Positions 44,100-48,736 of a DNA stretch of 48,736 nucleotides are shown here, piece after piece. The position numbers and the translations under genes are program-made. The notes beneath the pieces were generated by a model. It had not been told where the DNA came from. It ran no database searches and was given only the letters and a program-made list of their open reading frames with translations. Position 1 is the first letter of the stretch; the number at the start of each line of letters is the position of its first letter. Source of the stretch: Trichomonas gallinae. Its lineage: Eukaryota. Where the stretch lies: contig MRSU01010668.1 of assembly GCA_008369845.1 (NCBI GenBank), positions 1-48,736 on the forward strand, read 5' to 3'.

Positions 44100-44499
44100 A
44101 CAAAAACATATGTTCTAAAAAATCTATGATAACAATTGCGCATCACAACAGAAAACGATTATGAAGCTATGAATTTCGCTGCGAAAGAGAATTTATATGA
44201 TGTTAAAAATGAATATGGTGTTACCATCTTTGAACGTTCAATCAGAAAATGTAATTTCCAGCGTATTATCATAGAATTTATTGATATATTTTGATATTAA
44301 TTTAGCTTTGATTTGTGATTCAAAAGGTCATCGTGACGTTGTCAAATTCCTTCTCACAGTTCCTGGAATAGATGTCAACGCAAAAGACAATTGCAACAAT
44401 ATAGCTTTGATTTGTGCTTCAAGATTTGGTCATCATGTCGTTGCTAAACTGCTTCTCACAGCTCCTGGAATAGATGTCAACAGATGTGTTTTCTATTAA
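44100..44499 (+). pseudogene. Ankyrin-repeat pseudogene relic, homologous to 30877..31977
   Basis: ENDYEAMNFAAKENLYDVKNEYGVTIF resembles ENDINAMLYGIKEEYCYVKFYDGRDIF. After a frameshift: ALICDSKGHRDVVKFLLTVPGIDVNAKDNCNNIALICASRFGHHVVAKLLLTAPGIDVN. Start is approximate. Confidence 0.85.
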
Positions 44500-44556
44500 G
44501 GTGCTCAAACTTAGCACAATATGAAAAACTTATAAAAATAGAGAAAAAATGTTTTG

Positions 44557-44585
44557 AGGGTGTGAAATTTTTGTTGAGGGGGTAG
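44557..44585 (+). repeat. G-rich bipartite motif, copy 2, ending 4 nt before the LRR gene ATG
   Basis: AGGGTGTGAAATTTTTGTTGAGGGGGTAG. Confidence 0.55.
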
Positions 44586-44589
44586 AAAA

Positions 44590-46080
44590 ATGAAGCTTAG
44601 CAAAAGTCCGTTGCTTTCATCTGAGCCTCTTTGTTTGAGGGCAACTGGAGCAGGAATTACAGAGATTGATCTTCTTGGTGCTGAAGAAAGCAAATCTTTA
44701 GCGCTTTACGTTTCTGCGAATAAAATCAAGACAATTGATAACATTGTGCAATTTAAACACTTACAAACATTCTTAGCTGAGAACAACTTAATTCAATATC
44801 TCGAAGATTTGTATCCATTGGCAGAATTAACAAGTTTAAGAATAATAAGATTGGAAGGAAATCCACTTACGGAGACACCATTCTGGTTTTTGTTTTTATT
44901 GTATGTTTGCCCATCTCTCACTTCTGTAAATGGAGAGTCTGCATCATCCATTCTCGGAAAATATTCAATGAAAGAAATCAAAAAGCATTTTTCATATGAG
45001 AAAGAAGTTTTGGACTATATGGCACAGCTACAGTTCTTATCTAATCTAATAAAGTCCGGGAAATATCCTCTTAAAACACCATATTCTGCAGAATTCAGTA
45101 AATTCCTTCCAAGAGAAAAATTACATCATTTCTTTGAAGAAATTCGTAGATCTGGGCCATCAAAGTCATTATCTGCTTATAGAACATATTTAGAAGAATT
45201 ATCTCAAAAAATAACAAATGAGCTTATAGATACTGCCGAAGAAAATGGTATCCCTGGTGATTTACTCCAAAGAATGTCAGAAGAATCAAAGAATCGCAAA
45301 GAATTTTTAGAATTATTAAAGAATTACTTGGCTCCTAACGGAGATAAGTTAGAACACAAGCCAAAATCGCCAGTAAGTTCTATTAAACTCGGAAGTGCTG
45401 CAGAATCTGTTCTTTCCATGATGAAATTCACAGCTCCGCTTGATAACGATAAATCATCGAGAAGAAGCTATATTTCGCATTCTCCATCCAGAAAATCCAT
45501 GATTTCGTCCAAATCAGCGATAAAAGAAGAAGAAAAGAAACAAACAATATCGGAAGACTCGATAAACAAGTCAAATGACAAAGTTCCCGAGATAAGTTCG
45601 ATAGAGGTCAACGACCAGAATACTAAATCAGGAATTTCTTCACCAGATTTGTTGGAAAATTCTTATGACAATCCAAATCAAAGTCATTCGTTGCAAATTC
45701 CGGAAACAGCCAAGAAGAGTGAAGTTTCGAACTCAATTCCAAACGAAGACGCGATAATTGTTTCGAGTTTGAATAATTCTAAAATCATTAGGCAAATGCG
45801 AATGGATGATAAGCTTATCAAAATGTTCAGCCTCTGGAAGTCGAAAGTTAAGAGCAGAAACTTAGACGCAACACTTAGGATCGAAAATCCAAATTCTGTT
45901 TCAAAAGACTTTTCGTCGATCGAAAATCAGCCAGATATTGCGGATGGTGTTGGCTATTTAATGAGAAAACATCAAATTATGATTGATATCGAAAGAAATG
46001 CGGAATTGAACGAAGCAATGCAGACGAGAAAGAAGCAACTGTCAAATGAAATGTTTGTACGCTCTCCGAATCGATTCTAA
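44590..46080 (+). CDS. SDS22-like LRR protein with an LRRcap-like segment and Ser-rich tail
   Basis: LYVSANKIKTI, FLAENNLIQYL, and IRLEGNPL..LYVCPSLTSVNG (LRRcap-like). Confidence 0.85.
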   Translation: MKLSKSPLLSSEPLCLRATGAGITEIDLLGAEESKSLALYVSANKIKTIDNIVQFKHLQTFLAENNLIQYLEDLYPLAELTSLRIIRLEGNPLTETPFWFLFLLYVCPSLTSVNGESASSILGKYSMKEIKKHFSYEKEVLDYMAQLQFLSNLIKSGKYPLKTPYSAEFSKFLPREKLHHFFEEIRRSGPSKSLSAYRTYLEELSQKITNELIDTAEENGIPGDLLQRMSEESKNRKEFLELLKNYLAPNGDKLEHKPKSPVSSIKLGSAAESVLSMMKFTAPLDNDKSSRRSYISHSPSRKSMISSKSAIKEEEKKQTISEDSINKSNDKVPEISSIEVNDQNTKSGISSPDLLENSYDNPNQSHSLQIPETAKKSEVSNSIPNEDAIIVSSLNNSKIIRQMRMDDKLIKMFSLWKSKVKSRNLDATLRIENPNSVSKDFSSIENQPDIADGVGYLMRKHQIMIDIERNAELNEAMQTRKKQLSNEMFVRSPNRF

Positions 46081-46265
46081 TCGATAATTTTATTTTCACG
46101 ATTACAAAATTTGCATAACTACGCAATATATCATCAAAATCTATCAGCAGCCAAACAATTTTCGTGTCATTTTTTATTTATCAAAAAATATTTTGTTTTA
46201 TATTATTTTTTTTGTTGTTTTGTAAAAAGGTTTTAATGTTTAAGAAATAAATACCAAAAAAATAT

Positions 46266-47015
46266 TTACTGAGCAGCTGGTGGCTGTGGAGCAACTGTGA
46301 CAGATGGGAATTTGCCCTTTGATGCCTCCCAGTTATATCCTGGCTTTGTGATGAGTGCCTGGGATGCCTCGTAAGCGAGCTCGCACATGTAGAACTGGTA
46401 AGCTTCGAAGAGCTCGTTGATCTGAGCGGGAGAGCTTTCGAGGAATGCCTTAGCCTCGCTCATGAACTGTGTGTTGAGGGCCTGGTACTGGGCAGAGTAC
46501 TCATCGACCTTCTTCTGCTTCTTCTGCAATTTCTTATCATCGTTCTTCTGCTGAGCCTTCTGGACGCCCTTCTTAGCATCATCGAGGAGGATGTAGTACT
46601 TCTTGCGTTCATCGTAAGAAGACCTGACTTTGTGGAGCTGTTCACGGATCTTAAGGGCTCTGTTCTCAATCTGGTCCTTGCAGAGGACATCATAGAATCC
46701 CTTAGCGTGTGTGAAAACAGCCTCAGAGTTAGAATGGACTGTTGAGACTGTCTGGTAGTTTGGTGCATCAGTTGGGAAGAGCAAACCGATGTTTCCGCAA
46801 GCAGCATGCTGATATGTAGCGAATTCCATGTATGTTCTCTTCATCTTCTGGATGTTTGTAACAAGTCCGTCAAGATTTGTATCTGTTGTTGAGATTTTCT
46901 CCCAAACAGACTCGACTTCTGGATCCTCCTGGATCTTAGAGTGGCCTGTTGTCTCGGCAACAGAATGGGCAGCGAGCTTCATCTGTACTTTAGCCTTGCT
47001 CAAGAAGTTCTTCAT
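46266..47015 (-). CDS. BAR-domain protein (N-BAR-like)
   Basis: Amphipathic N-terminal helix MKNFLSKAKVQMK, then EDPEV and helices with ERKKYYILLDD and YQALNTQFMSE. Inr TCATTTT at 47025-47031 supports ATG 47015. Strong C/G-ending codon bias suggests high expression. Confidence 0.75.
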   Translation of the reverse strand: MKNFLSKAKVQMKLAAHSVAETTGHSKIQEDPEVESVWEKISTTDTNLDGLVTNIQKMKRTYMEFATYQHAACGNIGLLFPTDAPNYQTVSTVHSNSEAVFTHAKGFYDVLCKDQIENRALKIREQLHKVRSSYDERKKYYILLDDAKKGVQKAQQKNDDKKLQKKQKKVDEYSAQYQALNTQFMSEAKAFLESSPAQINELFEAYQFYMCELAYEASQALITKPGYNWEASKGKFPSVTVAPQPPAAQ

Positions 47016-48672
47016 CAACCAAAAAAAATGATTAATCACTTCACTCGGTTTACATCTTCTCAATTATTTGATAATATCGTCATTTTATTGTTTTTTATTC
47101 GTTTTTCGGACTTGTTTCTGGCATCCTTTATTGTTTATAAAAATTTTATACGAAGACAACAAACACTTAAAGATTTTAGAAATTTAGCACTTTTATTACA
47201 TATAGAGCACAAATCTCTTAATAAAAATGAAAAATAACGAAGACAAGATTTCATTAAAATTATTGTGAGAAATGACATGTGACTTGCAGATTATGAAACT
47301 GCGGGATAACAGTCTGTGAGGAGTGGAAAGGTCTGATGCAGCAGGAACAGCAGAACATTTAACTTCTTCTTGGAGAATTTAATTATAAGTGATAAGAATG
47401 TATCTAAAAGAGAAGAGTGATACATTTCAAGGTAAATGTAATGTTGCACGAAAATAATTCGTTAAATGCTGATCAACTTCAATCAACAATGTCATCCTTT
47501 CATATCAACGTCCAACTACCACAAAATCTGGTAAAATGTCGATTATATACCAATTTCTAAACCATGTTAGCTTGAAAGTATGATTATATTTTTTGATGAA
47601 GAAATTCATCAAAATCTTAAACGAAATCATATAATTTCATGATGCAAATTATATTATATAGACATAAAGGATCTATTTATGTGCTCATTATTGAAATGAA
47701 ACGCAAATTTAGCAATTTGAATCTTATTATAGAAACATAGCATTTATCAGTTACATAATTATAGCTATTATCATTGTGATTGTTAATTATAAAGAGTTTG
47801 CTTATATTATCTATCGTTATTAAATATGAAATTATATTCATGAGTTGGGGCGTTATCTAATCTTTATTCAATTATAACTTTTAATGGCTTATTAAATGTG
47901 AAGTATTATGAGAGCTGTTGATTAGATGAAAAAATGAAATGATATTGAGTTCAAATATGTCTATTGAAAATTATAGAAGTTACCATATTATTGAATACAT
48001 GTTCATTGCTATATTATAAATTGTTTAATCTTGAAAAATAAATTATGAAAAAAAAATATTCAGAGTAATAGTTGTAATAAAGATATAGAATAGCAGATAT
48101 TCTAATGATATGTAAGAAAATGATACCAATTTCTAACAAAAAATCAGAAATATATATAGAATAATAAAAAAATGGTTTTTGAGGCTATATCATTTAGCAA
48201 ATGGTTTGGTTGCTTGATTATGACATGATGGTGAAACTATAAAAGACTAAAGAAAGATATCAAATCATTACAACAATATTTTGATAAGTTTCCACTGTGC
48301 TCATTACAAACCTCAACGCATGGAGAGGGCTCGAATGGGGCCGTGTGGATGAATACCGCGAAATAAAGACTAAATATCAAGGCAGTAATAAAAAAACTGA
48401 TTTTACCAAATAACTTTTGTCGAAGAAATCGGTTATAACTGATGATTTCGTGTTTCAAATGCCATGGAGGAGGGGATAAAGAGGTAATAAAGGAAAAGTG
48501 ATATAATCGAAATCGATAAAAAAATATAACTGAAAGAGTGAAAAATATGAGTTGGGAGAAGAATAGGAAATTTTGTTGAGTGTTTGTGATATGGGATTAA
48601 TATGGAAAGTTGGAAAAATTAAGAGACAGATTGCAATATATCGATTATTTATGAAAATAAGCAATTTAAACT

Positions 48673-48736
48673 TTACTCGGCATTCTGATCGTCCGTCCAG
48701 AGTTGAACGTTGTCCTTGAGAAGTTGAAGGATAAGT
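48673..48736 (-). CDS. 14-3-3 protein, 3' end only (gene runs off the window)
   Basis: Minus strand reads LILQLLKDNVQLWTDDQNAE*, matching the 14-3-3 helix 9 signature LIMQLLRDNLTLWT. Not in the ORF track. Confidence 0.9.
   Translation of the reverse strand, partial: LILQLLKDNVQLWTDDQNAE

Noticed and set aside
19128..47015. Rab, BRO1 and BAR genes as a membrane-trafficking gene cluster
   Set aside because: They are separated by unrelated genes on mixed strands, and Rab and similar trafficking genes are abundant in trichomonads, so co-location is uninformative.
47303..47315. GGGATAACAG resembles an LSU rRNA peptidyl-transferase-centre segment
   Set aside because: Only about 10 nt match, and the flanks are not rRNA-like.
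47326..47338. GGAAAGGTCTGAT resembles the eukaryotic RNase P RNA CR-I motif
   Set aside because: No complementary CR-V (..TCAGAC..) downstream to form P4, and the surrounding sequence is too AT-rich.
1..48736. Maverick/Polinton, mariner or Mutator elements and canonical spliceosomal introns
   Set aside because: No integrase, transposase, PolB or capsid ORF and no long TIRs. No ACTAAC..AG branch/3' splice motif was seen interrupting a gene.

Overview
AT-rich eukaryotic genomic DNA with compact genes and no canonical introns seen, most consistent with a trichomonad (Trichomonas vaginalis or a close relative). That assignment is an inference from the repeated AAAGTGAC (M2) motif and TCA(Y)WW initiators next to start codons, TAA stops embedded in TAAA poly(A) signals, and typical expanded families (BspA-like LRR, ankyrin, CAMK-like kinases, R2R3 Myb, Rab). 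There are about 22 intact or near-intact CDS: BspA-like, cullin, Myb, ARM/HEAT, Rab, HAD-IIA phosphatase, BRO1, three kinases, three ankyrin proteins, UBL, LRR, BAR, several hypotheticals, and the 3' end of a 14-3-3 gene at the right edge that the ORF track missed. Intergenic DNA holds several pseudogene relics, including three degenerate copies of one ankyrin subfamily. I found no rRNA, tRNA, CRISPR array or recognisable transposon, and no clearly new multi-gene system. The best leads are the dispersed ankyrin relics (one bracketed by a repeated G-rich bipartite motif), an unrecognised ~100-aa domain shared by a tandem gene pair, and several catalytic or recognition-motif variants.
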